Source: Henriciella sp.
GTDB lineage: Bacteria > Pseudomonadota > Alphaproteobacteria > Caulobacterales > Hyphomonadaceae
Direction of reading: 5' to 3'
NCBI GenBank assembly: GCA_041984335.1
Contig: JBHIYI010000008.1
Coordinates: 46,297-110,296, forward strand
Length of the DNA stretch: 64,000 bases
Position 1 is the stretch's first letter. Every line of letters begins with the position of its first letter. The translations under genes were made by a program, and so were the position numbers. Shown in pieces: positions 28,765 through 39,707 of the stretch. The notes beneath the pieces are model-generated. The model did no database searches, was not told the origin of the DNA, and saw nothing but the letters and a program-made list of their open reading frames with translations.

Positions 28765-30536
28765 CTGGCAGAAACAGCATCGATGACTTCAATCTGCGCG
28801 GTGCGGCGACCGTTCCAGACATTGTCTTTCAATCGACCCGCCAGGTGGACCCGGCCACGCTGCAGGAGCGCATCGCCGAGGGGGGTTCCGATGCAGCGCC
28901 ACACAAGGGCCTCCACCCGCGCACCCATATCCTCGACGGTAAGTTTCAGATGGTTCTCCCCGATCGGGCGCGTATGGGTGATTTCGACATCGCGCAGGGC
29001 AAAAATCGGCTCCGGCGCAGCCTGACCAAAGGGGCCAATGGTCTGAATGAGATCGAACGTCTCGGGCGTGACCTGCGTCGGTGCCAGGAGCGCGTCTATG
29101 GTGAGCTCCTTCGCGGCGGCGCGCTCTTCCCGGAATTCCGACATATGGTCCTGCATCCAGCTCCTGAGACCGTCCAGCTGTTCAGGCTCAAGGCTGAGCC
29201 CGCCAGCCATCGCATGCCCACCGCCTGACAGGATCACGCCCTCTTTGGCGGCTGCAGAAATCGCGTCGCCAATGTTCACCCCGTGCACGGATCTCGCCGA
29301 CCCCTTGGCGACGGGCCCGAGGCCCTGTCCCCAACCGATCACGATACTCGGCAGGTGAAACCGGTCCTTCAGGCGTCCGGCAACGATACCAATCACGCCG
29401 GGATGCCAGCCTTCGCCCGCGGCGATCAAAATACCTGTATCCGGATTGGCATCGATCTGTTTCTGCGCGTCCACGCTCGCCTGTTCGAGAATCGCAGCCT
29501 CGACCGCTTTTCGCTCGTCATTGTGCGCGTGAAGGCGCTCGGCAAGAGCAATCGCCTCGGCCCGGTCATCGGTCGCCAGCAGTTTCGCCGCAAGCCAAGG
29601 ATCGCCGACGCGGCCACCCGCGTTTAGGCGCGGTCCGAGCACGAATGTCGCGTGATAGACACTCTCAATTGTCCCGATCCCGGCAATATCCGCGAGCGCG
29701 CGCAGGCCTGGGTTCTGGCCGCGTTCGAGGATTTTCAGGCCCTGCGTCACGAATGCCCGGTTCGCCCCGCGAAGGGGCGACATATCGCAAAGCGTGCCGA
29801 GCGCGCAGAGATCGAGCCAGTTCAGAATATCCGGCAAACCGCCCGGCGGCGCGACGCCTCGCTCTCGGGCTAATTTGTTCAAGGTGGCCACGAAGACATA
29901 GACCACGCCAGCTGCGGCCAGATGCCCCTGCCCGCTCGTATCATCGGACCTGTTGGGATTGACGAGTGCCGCGCATTCCGGCGGTTCTGCGCCCATCAGA
30001 TGATGGTCGATGACAATCACCGGCAGGTCGATCGCGACGGCTTCGGCGAGCGCTGCCGTCGCCGCTGCGCCGCAATCCACCGTGATGACGAGGTCGGCGC
30101 CCTGCTCTTTCAGATGCCGAAACGCCGCCGGGCTGGGACCATACCCTTCGGTAAGACGATCCGGGACATAAAGGCCGATCTCCTGCCCCCAGGCGCGGAA
30201 ATAGCGCGCCAGGATGGCCGAGCTGGTGCCGCCATCAACGTCATAATCGGCAAACACGGTGACACGCTGCCCCGCCAATATGGCATCCAGGGTCAGCGCG
30301 GCGGCCTTCATCATGTCCTGAAAGCTTGCCGGGTCCGGAAACAGCGCGCGCAGCGTTGGGTTGAGAAAAGTCTCCACCTCGTCCGGCGCAATACCCCGTG
30401 GCGCCAGCAGCCGGGCGAGCAGATCATTGCCCCCAAGTTGCGGCAATAGCGCCCGCACACCCGCTTCATCCGGCTCACGAAGTGTCCAGTAGCGCCCGCC
30501 ATAGGAATCGCGAATTGATAGAGCCGAACCCGTCAT
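28761..30536 (-). CDS. recJ: Single-stranded-DNA-specific exonuclease RecJ
   Basis: DYDVDG, VDCG, IDHH (DHH), GPRLNAGGR, GSARS and GGHAMAGG. Start placed at MTGSAL (30536). Confidence 0.96.
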   Translation of the reverse strand: MTGSALSIRDSYGGRYWTLREPDEAGVRALLPQLGGNDLLARLLAPRGIAPDEVETFLNPTLRALFPDPASFQDMMKAAALTLDAILAGQRVTVFADYDVDGGTSSAILARYFRAWGQEIGLYVPDRLTEGYGPSPAAFRHLKEQGADLVITVDCGAAATAALAEAVAIDLPVIVIDHHLMGAEPPECAALVNPNRSDDTSGQGHLAAAGVVYVFVATLNKLARERGVAPPGGLPDILNWLDLCALGTLCDMSPLRGANRAFVTQGLKILERGQNPGLRALADIAGIGTIESVYHATFVLGPRLNAGGRVGDPWLAAKLLATDDRAEAIALAERLHAHNDERKAVEAAILEQASVDAQKQIDANPDTGILIAAGEGWHPGVIGIVAGRLKDRFHLPSIVIGWGQGLGPVAKGSARSVHGVNIGDAISAAAKEGVILSGGGHAMAGGLSLEPEQLDGLRSWMQDHMSEFREERAAAKELTIDALLAPTQVTPETFDLIQTIGPFGQAAPEPIFALRDVEITHTRPIGENHLKLTVEDMGARVEALVWRCIGTPLGDALLQRGRVHLAGRLKDNVWNGRRTAQIEVIDAVSAS

Positions 30537-30692
30537 GATTGCAGATGTGACAAGAGTCGGCGCGCCACAAAACCCGAAACGGCATGACAATGCATCACCG
30601 TAGTTTGAGACGTGATGACAAAGACGAAGTCCCGTCCGCTATTCTATGAGTAGAGACTTCGGGCTTTTGCGGGCGCGGACGGGGATCAACTG

Positions 30693-31736
30693 GTGCAGAC
30701 GCTTCTACACAACGAAACGAAACCGGGATCGCGCCAAAGCCGCACTGTGAAGGCGATCCATGACACATGCGATGGGGAGGGCTACCGCGCGCGAACGTCA
30801 GTCATGCTCGAATGCACGCCCCTGCAGACATCGCAGAACATCGGCAAGTATGCAGCTAATACCTGGTACACTGACAAAGCGATCTTGTTGCAAAACGAGA
30901 CGGATGCGTTCGCCATGGATCATTCACGGCGCCATGTCAGCGATACGTCTCATTTGATCCTGCTGCGTCGCATGCTGTCGGGCCACCTCTGGGGACGTGT
31001 CGGCGATACCAGCACAATCTATTCGCCCGGCCCGATACACGTTCAGGATCAGGAGATGCGATATGAAGGCCTCCAGGACCGCGCCGTGTTTCAGTCAGCT
31101 TTCATTTTCAAGTCGGCCCTGGGATTCCATCCTTCCAGACATTTGCGAAGCGGCCAGATCAATCCCAACTCGGTGGCGGGGCAGTGTCTGGTCGTCGCGT
31201 GGGAAGCCCTGTTTGATCAACTCTGGGCCAATGACACCTATGTCGACGCTGAGCTGTTCGATCGGTTCTTCGCATGCGCCAAAATCGCACTCGGCGCACC
31301 GGCCGAACGAGAGGACGTTCGGATGCACGCGCGCAACGCTTTATATGATGTGATCTGCCGCTACATTGAAAACAATCTCGGCGACTACGAACTCGCCGTC
31401 CCCCAGCTGTTGCACAAATTCGGTGTCTCGCGCGCGAGCTTGTATCGAATGTTCGAAGACGCTGGCGGCGTGAGGAATTATATCCGTCAACGCCGTGCCA
31501 CCCGGGCTTTACTGGACGTTTCTCGCCAGCCCGATCAACGCGGGATCATTCGTGCAGTTGCCGAACAATGGGGGTTTTCCAGCGCGCCAAACTTCAATCG
31601 CATCATTCGTGAGCTCTATGGCTACAGCCCCGGTGCAATGTTTGACCGCCAGACCGTGTTCGACGCGGCGCCGAAACCGTCGCTTTTCACCAAAATTATT
31701 GCGCAGGAAAACGCTAGATTCGGTGCCAGCTCTTGA
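30693..31736 (+). CDS. AraC-family transcriptional regulator
   Basis: C-terminal double HTH: FGVSRASLYRMF...YIRQRR...VAEQWGFSSAPNFNR..RELYGYSPG. Confidence 0.85.
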   Translation: MQTLLHNETKPGSRQSRTVKAIHDTCDGEGYRARTSVMLECTPLQTSQNIGKYAANTWYTDKAILLQNETDAFAMDHSRRHVSDTSHLILLRRMLSGHLWGRVGDTSTIYSPGPIHVQDQEMRYEGLQDRAVFQSAFIFKSALGFHPSRHLRSGQINPNSVAGQCLVVAWEALFDQLWANDTYVDAELFDRFFACAKIALGAPAEREDVRMHARNALYDVICRYIENNLGDYELAVPQLLHKFGVSRASLYRMFEDAGGVRNYIRQRRATRALLDVSRQPDQRGIIRAVAEQWGFSSAPNFNRIIRELYGYSPGAMFDRQTVFDAAPKPSLFTKIIAQENARFGASS

Positions 31737-32667
31737 TCTTGCGGACCATGCCGTCAGCGCTGCTCATGACGAGTGTATCCGTCTCGATGTTAGCGCCATT
31801 GCGCACCACGCCATCGACCAGACCGCCTTTGGTGACACCCGTCGCGCAGAATACAGTCTCGCCGGAGGCCAGTTCATGCAGGCTATACTTCTTGTCATAG
31901 TCGGTGATGCCGGTGCGGTCGGCGCGGCGACGTTCATCATCATTACGGAACACGAGACGCCCCTGCATCTGCCCGCCAACGCATTTCAGCGCCGCGGCGG
32001 CGAGCACGCCTTCCGGCGCACCGCCGGAGCCGACATACATATCGATGCCGGTGCTTGGATTGGTCGTATTGATCACGCCCGCGACATCGCCGTCTGAGAT
32101 CAGATGAATGCGGGCCCCGGCCTCGCGCAGGCTTTCAATGATCTCCGCATGACGCGGACGATCGAGCACACAGGCCGTCATCGCCGAAACATCAACACCT
32201 TTGGCTTTTGCGAGTTCGGTGATGTTCTCTGCCGGAGTGGCATCGAGGTCGATCACGCCCTCTTCATAGCCAGGACCAATCGCTATCTTCTGCATATATG
32301 TGTCAGGTGCGAATAGCAGCCCGCCGCGCGGCGCAATCGCTAGGACCGCCAACGCATTTGCCATGGCTTTTGCGGTCAGGGTCGTCCCTTCCAGGGGGTC
32401 GAGCGCGATATCGATCTCAGGTCCGTTCCCGGTGCCGACTTCTTCGCCAATATAGAGCATCGGCGCTTCATCGCGTTCACCTTCGCCGATCACGACCCGG
32501 CCTTTGAAATCGACGGCATTGAAGGCGGTGCGCATCGCATCCACTGCTGCAGCATCGGCGGCTTTCTCGTCGCCGCGCCCTGCCAGGGTTTCAGCCGCGA
32601 TCGCGGCCTTTTCCGTTACCCGCACCATGGCATCCGCCAAATGCGGAATCAGAATGCTGTCAGTCAT
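31714..32667 (-). CDS. glpX: Fructose-1,6-bisphosphatase class II
   Basis: GRGDEKAAD.AAV.AMR, VIGEGERDEAPMLYIGE, DPLEGT and LDRPRH. Confidence 0.97.
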   Translation of the reverse strand: MTDSILIPHLADAMVRVTEKAAIAAETLAGRGDEKAADAAAVDAMRTAFNAVDFKGRVVIGEGERDEAPMLYIGEEVGTGNGPEIDIALDPLEGTTLTAKAMANALAVLAIAPRGGLLFAPDTYMQKIAIGPGYEEGVIDLDATPAENITELAKAKGVDVSAMTACVLDRPRHAEIIESLREAGARIHLISDGDVAGVINTTNPSTGIDMYVGSGGAPEGVLAAAALKCVGGQMQGRLVFRNDDERRRADRTGITDYDKKYSLHELASGETVFCATGVTKGGLVDGVVRNGANIETDTLVMSSADGMVRKIKSWHRI

Positions 32668-32708
32668 CTCTCACTCCCCCAGACCGTGCGTCGGCCCAGC
32701 TCAAAAAA

Positions 32709-33992
32709 CTACATTGCCGCATCGATCGGAATCACTTGCGGCGCACCAACGCTGGCCTCCAAAGCGGACACTCTGGCGCTGGCGGCATCAATGTCCCCGC
32801 GAGAACACACATGCGTAACAATAGCAACAGGCGAGACATCGCTGTCATCAGCGGACTCCTGCAGCAGCTTGTCGACCGACACACCCTGGCTTGCAAGCGC
32901 TTCGGTCAGGCTCGCGAGCGCACCGGAGCGATCGGCCAGTCGTACACGCAGGAAAAATGCCGAACGTTCGGCCGATTCTGCGGCGACGAATTTGCGTGTC
33001 TGGTGGTGAGCGGCGCGCCCGAAAGGGCTGCGCGCGGTCGGCGAGAAAAGCTTTGCGATATCGCCCATCACCGCGCTGGCTGTTGGTCCCGGTCCCGCGC
33101 CGGGGCCGGTCAGCGTCACGGCTCCCAATGGTTCGCCCTCTACCCGCACCGTGTTCAACGCGCCGTCGATCCGGGCGAGCGGATGATCGATTGGCATGGC
33201 TAGCGGAGCGACGCGGCAGACAACACCTGCTTCGGTGGAAATGCCTTCGGCGATCAGCTTGATCCGCAGGCCAAGGCGATCGGCAAGCGTCAAATCCATC
33301 AGCTCAATCGTATCGACGCCTTTGACGGACACTTTGCTGAAATCGAGGTCTGCCGTGAAGGCGATGGATGCCAGGATCGCCGCCTTGTGCGCGGCGTCCA
33401 TGCCCGACACATCCAGCGTCGGATCGGCCTCTGCATATCCCAGTCGTTGTGCTTCATCGAGCACCTCATCATAGGAACGACCCGTCTCAAGCATCTGCGT
33501 TGTGAGATAATTACAGGTGCCATTGAGGATGCCCGAGACACGCTGAATCGAAACACCGGTCAGGGAATCCCGCAGCACCCGCACAACCGGAACGCCGCCG
33601 GCGACGGCGGCTTCGAACATGAGATCCACATCATTGGCTTGCGCCAGTGATTCAAGCGCCTGGCCATGCATCGCAATCAGCGCCTTGTTGGCCGTCACCA
33701 CATGCTTGCCGGATTTCAACCCGTCCTCGACCGCGACTTTGGCAGGGCCGTCAGACCCACCCATCAGCTCGACAAAAACGTCGACTTCCGAATGCGTGGC
33801 AAGTTCTGCCGCATCGTCGAACCAGGGATAGGCCGAAATATCGACTGGCCGATTGCGGCTCTTGCTGCGCGCCGAGACGCCAACAATCTCGACCTTGCCC
33901 GGCAGGCGCAATTCGGCCTGGCGTTCGACCAGTTTTATCAACCCGCAGCCGACATGGCCAAGGCCTGCAATTCCCAATTTGACTGTTTTCAC
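32709..33992 (-). CDS. hom: Homoserine dehydrogenase with ACT domain
   Basis: GLGHVG, VVTANKA, FEAAVAGG, GILNGTCNY, GYAEADP.LDV.G.DA, GAGPGPTASAV and C-terminal ACT. Confidence 0.97.
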   Translation of the reverse strand: MKTVKLGIAGLGHVGCGLIKLVERQAELRLPGKVEIVGVSARSKSRNRPVDISAYPWFDDAAELATHSEVDVFVELMGGSDGPAKVAVEDGLKSGKHVVTANKALIAMHGQALESLAQANDVDLMFEAAVAGGVPVVRVLRDSLTGVSIQRVSGILNGTCNYLTTQMLETGRSYDEVLDEAQRLGYAEADPTLDVSGMDAAHKAAILASIAFTADLDFSKVSVKGVDTIELMDLTLADRLGLRIKLIAEGISTEAGVVCRVAPLAMPIDHPLARIDGALNTVRVEGEPLGAVTLTGPGAGPGPTASAVMGDIAKLFSPTARSPFGRAAHHQTRKFVAAESAERSAFFLRVRLADRSGALASLTEALASQGVSVDKLLQESADDSDVSPVAIVTHVCSRGDIDAASARVSALEASVGAPQVIPIDAAM

Positions 33993-35206
33993 GATCCCGT
34001 CCTTTGCAGGGTGTCGCTTTGCCCGTCTGCATCCATTTTGGCAAGGAACCGCTTCACGTTTCGGGCGGCTTGTCTGATGCGCTGCTCGTTTTCGACCAGG
34101 GCGATGCGTACATGTCGGTCACCATGCTCTCCGAAGCCAGCACCCGGTGCGACCGCAACTTCGGCCTCGTTCATCAGTTTGAGCGCAAAATCCAGGCTGC
34201 GCATGTCGCCGCACTGAGGCGGGATTTCTGCCCAGGCAAACATGGACGCGGCCGGACTTGGAATCTGCCACCCGGCACGCCCGAAGCTTTCGATCAATAC
34301 ATCCCGGCGAGATTTGTAGGTGGCGCGGTACTGCTCGACGCAATCCTGCGGACCGTCGAGCGCGGCACAAGCCGCCACCTGGATCGGGGTGAACGCCCCA
34401 TAGTCGAGGTAGGACTTCACCCGCGCCAGCGCGCCAATCAGGCGCTCGTTCCCGGCCGCAAATCCGATCCGCCAGCCGGCCATTGAATAGGTCTTGGACA
34501 TGGTCGTGGTTTCAACCGCGATGTCCTTTGCACCATCGACCTGAAGGATAGATGGCGTCGGCTCGTCAAAATAGATTTCGTTATAGGCGAGGTCTGACAG
34601 AATATAGAGATCATGCTTCTTCGCGAGCGCCACCGCATCCTTGTAGAACTCGAGATCGCAGACATCCGCCGTCGGATTTGACGGATAGCAGAGCACCATC
34701 GCCGTAGGCGGCGGGACAGAATAGCGGATCGCCTTGCTGATGCCGGACAGATAGGCCTCCGGCGTGGGGGCCGGGATCGCCCGGATCGATGCCCCGGCCA
34801 TGATGAAGCCGAAATGGTGCAGCGGATAGGATGGGTCGGGCGCCAGGATGACATCGCCCGGCGCGGTGATAGCCTGCGCCAGATTGGCGAAGCCTTCCTT
34901 TGATCCGAGCGTGACAACCACCTCGCGATCCTTGTTCAGTTTAACCCCGAAACGGCGATCATAATAATCGACCAGAGCGCGGCGCAGTCCCGGGATCCCG
35001 CGCGAGGCGGAATAGCCATGAACGTTCGGCTTCGCGGCGGTCTCGGCGAGCTTGGCAATGACATGCGGCGGGGCCGGCATGTCCGGATTGCCCATTCCCA
35101 GATCGATAATGTCTGCGCCGCCCGCCCGCAATTCAGCCTTGCGACGATTGACCTGTTCGAAAACGTAAGGCGGTAAGCGCCTTATCTTGTGAAATTCTCC
35201 GCTCAT
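33989..35206 (-). CDS. Class I/II PLP aminotransferase (AlaC / LL-diaminopimelate aminotransferase-like)
   Basis: RLPPYVF, MGNPD, HGYSASRGIP, NPTA, SDLAY, SKTYSMAGWRIG and VRIALVENEQRIRQA. Confidence 0.9.
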   Translation of the reverse strand: MSGEFHKIRRLPPYVFEQVNRRKAELRAGGADIIDLGMGNPDMPAPPHVIAKLAETAAKPNVHGYSASRGIPGLRRALVDYYDRRFGVKLNKDREVVVTLGSKEGFANLAQAITAPGDVILAPDPSYPLHHFGFIMAGASIRAIPAPTPEAYLSGISKAIRYSVPPPTAMVLCYPSNPTADVCDLEFYKDAVALAKKHDLYILSDLAYNEIYFDEPTPSILQVDGAKDIAVETTTMSKTYSMAGWRIGFAAGNERLIGALARVKSYLDYGAFTPIQVAACAALDGPQDCVEQYRATYKSRRDVLIESFGRAGWQIPSPAASMFAWAEIPPQCGDMRSLDFALKLMNEAEVAVAPGAGFGEHGDRHVRIALVENEQRIRQAARNVKRFLAKMDADGQSDTLQRTGS

Positions 35207-35239
35207 CTTGCGGATCTCCATAATACTAGAAAACTTAGA

Positions 35240-35650
35240 TTAGAGGCGCGCGCGCGGCACGTTAAAACGGGCCTTGATCGCTTCCACCTCGGCGTCGGTC
35301 ATAAAATCGGGGGCGGGAAGTCGCCCCTCCACCGCTCGCCGTACCTCTACCGCCCAGGCCATAATCTCCTCGGGCGTCTCGACCGCCGCCGCTGCGCGCG
35401 GATCACTGTTAAACAAAGCCAGCGCGGCGCGGACATCCGCTTCAGACAGTTCCAGCTTGCGCCGCGGGTCATAATCCGGCGCGGTCTGCGGCACCGAAGC
35501 GAGGCTTGGATATCCTTCCCCGCGGAACTCGACCTTGCGTGCCTCGTACCAGTCCGGCGCCTGCGCACGCATCGTCTTCACCTTCTCAAACGAGCTGGAA
35601 CAGCCCGCCAAAAGGGCAAACGTTACGAAAATAACAGCGCGCATAAACAA
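35240..35650 (-). CDS. Small hypothetical lipoprotein
   Basis: Lipobox LAGC after a hydrophobic stretch. Lies upstream of the aminotransferase and divergent from phaC. Confidence 0.7.
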   Translation of the reverse strand: MFMRAVIFVTFALLAGCSSSFEKVKTMRAQAPDWYEARKVEFRGEGYPSLASVPQTAPDYDPRRKLELSEADVRAALALFNSDPRAAAAVETPEEIMAWAVEVRRAVEGRLPAPDFMTDAEVEAIKARFNVPRARL

Positions 35651-35727
35651 TTTCCCTCGCTGGACTCATAATTCTCAAAGCTGTTTAGTCCTATATAGGT
35701 TCGCACAGAATAGCGAGTGTCGGTCTG

Positions 35728-37659
35728 ATGACCAAAGGTAGAAACTTTGATTTTTTTGGGGCGAGTACGCTCCCGGATGCGTTTTCGGACGCAAATTCTG
35801 AAACTTTGCAGGTCATGGCCAGCAACCTGATGCAGGCCCTGCAGGAGGCGCAGGGTCTCCTGACGGACTCGCTGAACGGTGTCGATTTGCGCCCGCCGGC
35901 GCCGGGCCAGGCTGATCCATATGGCGGCCTGGAAGCGCAGGCCAAGATCGGCGCCGCGCTGATCCGCAATCCGGAAAAGTCCGGCCACGCGATGATGACG
36001 CTGTTTCAGGGATGGATGAACCTGTTCCAATCCATGGCCAGTGGCACGCCGCTGCCCCCGGATCGCCGGTTCGCCGATCCCGAGTGGGACTCCAATCCGG
36101 CATTCAACTTCATGCGCCGCGCCTGGATGCTCAATGCCGAGTGGTTGCAAGGTCTGGTCGACTCTGTTTCCGAAGAGTTGGACGAGACGACCAAACTGAA
36201 AGCGCGCTATTATCTCAGCCAGTTTGTCGACGCGATGTCGCCGACTAATATGCTCGCCACCAATCCGGCAGCGATCCGCGCGATGATCGAGACCAATGGA
36301 CAGAGTGTGCTCGAAGGCCTGAGAAATGCCCGCGGCGACCTGCAAAAAGGCGACGGCCGTCTGGCCATCACACAGACCGACGAACAGGCGTTCGAGATTG
36401 GCAAGAATGTCGCGACGGCCAAAGGTAAGGTCGTGTTTCGCAACAAGCTGATCGAAGTCATCCACTACAATCCGACCCGCAAGAAGATGCGCGAGACGCC
36501 AATGCTCATCTTCCCGCCCTGGATCAACAAATTCTATATTCTCGATCTGCAACCCGAAAATTCGATGATCCGCTGGTTGCTGTCAAAACGGGTGAACACA
36601 TTTGTCGTCTCCTGGCGCTCCGCCGATGACGAGACCAAAGACTATACCTGGGATGATTATATCGAGCAGGGCATTTTCGCAGCGCTCGACGCCGTCACAC
36701 AGGAAGCGGGCGTTAAGAAGGTCAACACAGTCGGCTATTGCATTGGCGGCACGCTCCTCTCCAGCGCGCTGGCCCATATGGGCCAGACGGGTGACAAGCG
36801 TATCAAGTCAGCAACCTATTTCGCATCGCAGTCTGATTTCGATCTTGCGGGCGAGCTGAAAATCTTTACCCAGGATGATGCGCTCACGCAAATCGACAGG
36901 GTGATCGACGAGAATAATGGCATCATGCCCGGCGAGATGATGGGCGAGACGTTCAACTGGCTCCGCCCGGCCGATCTGGTCTGGCGCTATGTGGTCGACA
37001 ATTACATGATGGGCAAACAGCCGCGGCCCTTCGACCTGCTCTACTGGAATGCTGATCAGACCAATATTCCGGGGCCGACGCACAAGAAGTACCTGAAAAG
37101 CTTCTACAACAAGAACCAGCTCTCACGCGGCAAGTTCAAAGTGTTGGGCGACCCTGTCTCCATGGCAGACATCAAGATTCCGGTCTTCATCCAGGCTGGG
37201 CGCTCGGACCATATCTGCCCGTGGCACTCGATCTATAAAGGCGCGCAGAATTTCGGCGGGCCAGTCCGGTTTACCCTGGCAGGGTCTGGCCATATTGCCG
37301 GTGTGATCAACCACCCGGATGCGCAAAAGTATCAGCACTGGGTCAATGAGGACCTGCCAAATAATCCGGGTCACTGGCTCTCCGGCGCAGAGGAATTGCC
37401 GGGGTCGTGGTGGCCGAGCTGGTGGGAATGGCTGAAACCGCTTTCGGGCAAGAAAGTCGAGGCGGTCAAACCCCGCAACCACAAGCTCGGATCAGCGCCC
37501 GGTCAGTACGCGGCGCTGAAGCTCAGCGACATTGCTGCGGGCAAGAAACCAGCCGGTCCTTATTCAGACGGCACGATGCCGACACAAGGCAAGCCGCTGA
37601 AAAAGAAGAAAGTGAAGCCAAGCTTTCGCATGCCCGCTGGCTGGCAACCGCGCGATTGA
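35728..37659 (+). CDS. phaC: Class I polyhydroxyalkanoate synthase
   Basis: DRRF.DPEW, PPWINKFYILDL, lipase box GYCIGG, catalytic D (SDHI) and H (SGHIAG), and GSWW. Confidence 0.96.
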   Translation: MTKGRNFDFFGASTLPDAFSDANSETLQVMASNLMQALQEAQGLLTDSLNGVDLRPPAPGQADPYGGLEAQAKIGAALIRNPEKSGHAMMTLFQGWMNLFQSMASGTPLPPDRRFADPEWDSNPAFNFMRRAWMLNAEWLQGLVDSVSEELDETTKLKARYYLSQFVDAMSPTNMLATNPAAIRAMIETNGQSVLEGLRNARGDLQKGDGRLAITQTDEQAFEIGKNVATAKGKVVFRNKLIEVIHYNPTRKKMRETPMLIFPPWINKFYILDLQPENSMIRWLLSKRVNTFVVSWRSADDETKDYTWDDYIEQGIFAALDAVTQEAGVKKVNTVGYCIGGTLLSSALAHMGQTGDKRIKSATYFASQSDFDLAGELKIFTQDDALTQIDRVIDENNGIMPGEMMGETFNWLRPADLVWRYVVDNYMMGKQPRPFDLLYWNADQTNIPGPTHKKYLKSFYNKNQLSRGKFKVLGDPVSMADIKIPVFIQAGRSDHICPWHSIYKGAQNFGGPVRFTLAGSGHIAGVINHPDAQKYQHWVNEDLPNNPGHWLSGAEELPGSWWPSWWEWLKPLSGKKVEAVKPRNHKLGSAPGQYAALKLSDIAAGKKPAGPYSDGTMPTQGKPLKKKKVKPSFRMPAGWQPRD

Positions 37660-37666
37660 TCTTTCT

Positions 37667-38293
37667 TCAATGGGCGCGTGAGTAGCACCCCCACTGGCTC
37701 TGCATGTTCAGGTTCCAGGCGAGCGCAGTCGCAAAGATCTGTGCGCGGGCATCTGTGATCCCGCTATCGCGATATGTGTTCCATTCGCCGTTCCAGGTAC
37801 CATCGGCATACTGGAATAGCCCCGTATATGGCCCGGCCGGGTTGACGATGTCAGCCTGTCCGCCGGACTCGCACATCATGACATCGTACATGCGTTGTTC
37901 GGTTTCCGGATAGGGGTGCACCAGCCGCGCCTCGCCGATCCAGACGCGATACTGCGCAAGCGCCGCCTCGCCTTCGAGCACTGGGTTGTTTGGCTCTGGC
38001 TCTGGCTCTGGCTCGGGCTCGGGCTCAGGATCTGGATCTGTTGCGGGCGGCAGGTCGGGTTCAGAAGACTCTGGCTCCGGCGGATCAGTCTCCGGCAGAT
38101 CATCAAGTACGGGTTCAGCCTCGGACTCGCCGGGATCCGGTGCGTCGGCTGCGGTCTGATCCGTCGACGGATTTTCAGGCTCAGAGCTCGGCACAGGCAC
38201 GCGCAGGAATTGCTGCGCCGGGCCGTGGCGCGCAATAAACCAACCTGTCGCAATGATCGCAGCGAGAACGATTATGATTGCAACCCAACGCAT
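37667..38293 (-). CDS. Membrane-anchored Rpf-like / lytic-transglycosylase-fold protein with an acidic Pro-rich linker
   Basis: N-terminal TM, EP-rich linker, C-terminal CESGG...GLFQY...TW...AQI.A...WGC. Confidence 0.7.
   Translation of the reverse strand: MRWVAIIIVLAAIIATGWFIARHGPAQQFLRVPVPSSEPENPSTDQTAADAPDPGESEAEPVLDDLPETDPPEPESSEPDLPPATDPDPEPEPEPEPEPEPNNPVLEGEAALAQYRVWIGEARLVHPYPETEQRMYDVMMCESGGQADIVNPAGPYTGLFQYADGTWNGEWNTYRDSGITDARAQIFATALAWNLNMQSQWGCYSRAH
37991..38038 (-). repeat. Eight 6-bp tandem units encoding (D/E)P repeats
   Basis: Plus strand TGGCTC x4, GGGCTC x2, AGGATC, TGGATC. Confidence 0.85.
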
Positions 38294-38402
38294 GAGCGGC
38301 TCCTTCGTCAGCCCCCATGCGTTTGAATGTACGCGTTTTGTGTGACAGATCCAAATCAGTTTGCGTCAGACGCGATTATGGACGCTGGCCGATTTGCGTT
38401 GG

Positions 38403-39578
<1,176 letters not shown>

Positions 39579-39707
39579 GATTTTACGCCCGCCCAATTGT
39601 TTCGACATCGAAACTGCATGATTTTCTCCCTGTGGACAAGTCTGTGGAAATACAGGTCATATCCGATTCCGCTTGCCTTTCGTGACGGGTGCGTCATCTT
39701 CTCAGAC

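Noticed and set aside
35623-36552. 309-aa minus-strand ORF
   Set aside because: Antisense shadow of phaC.
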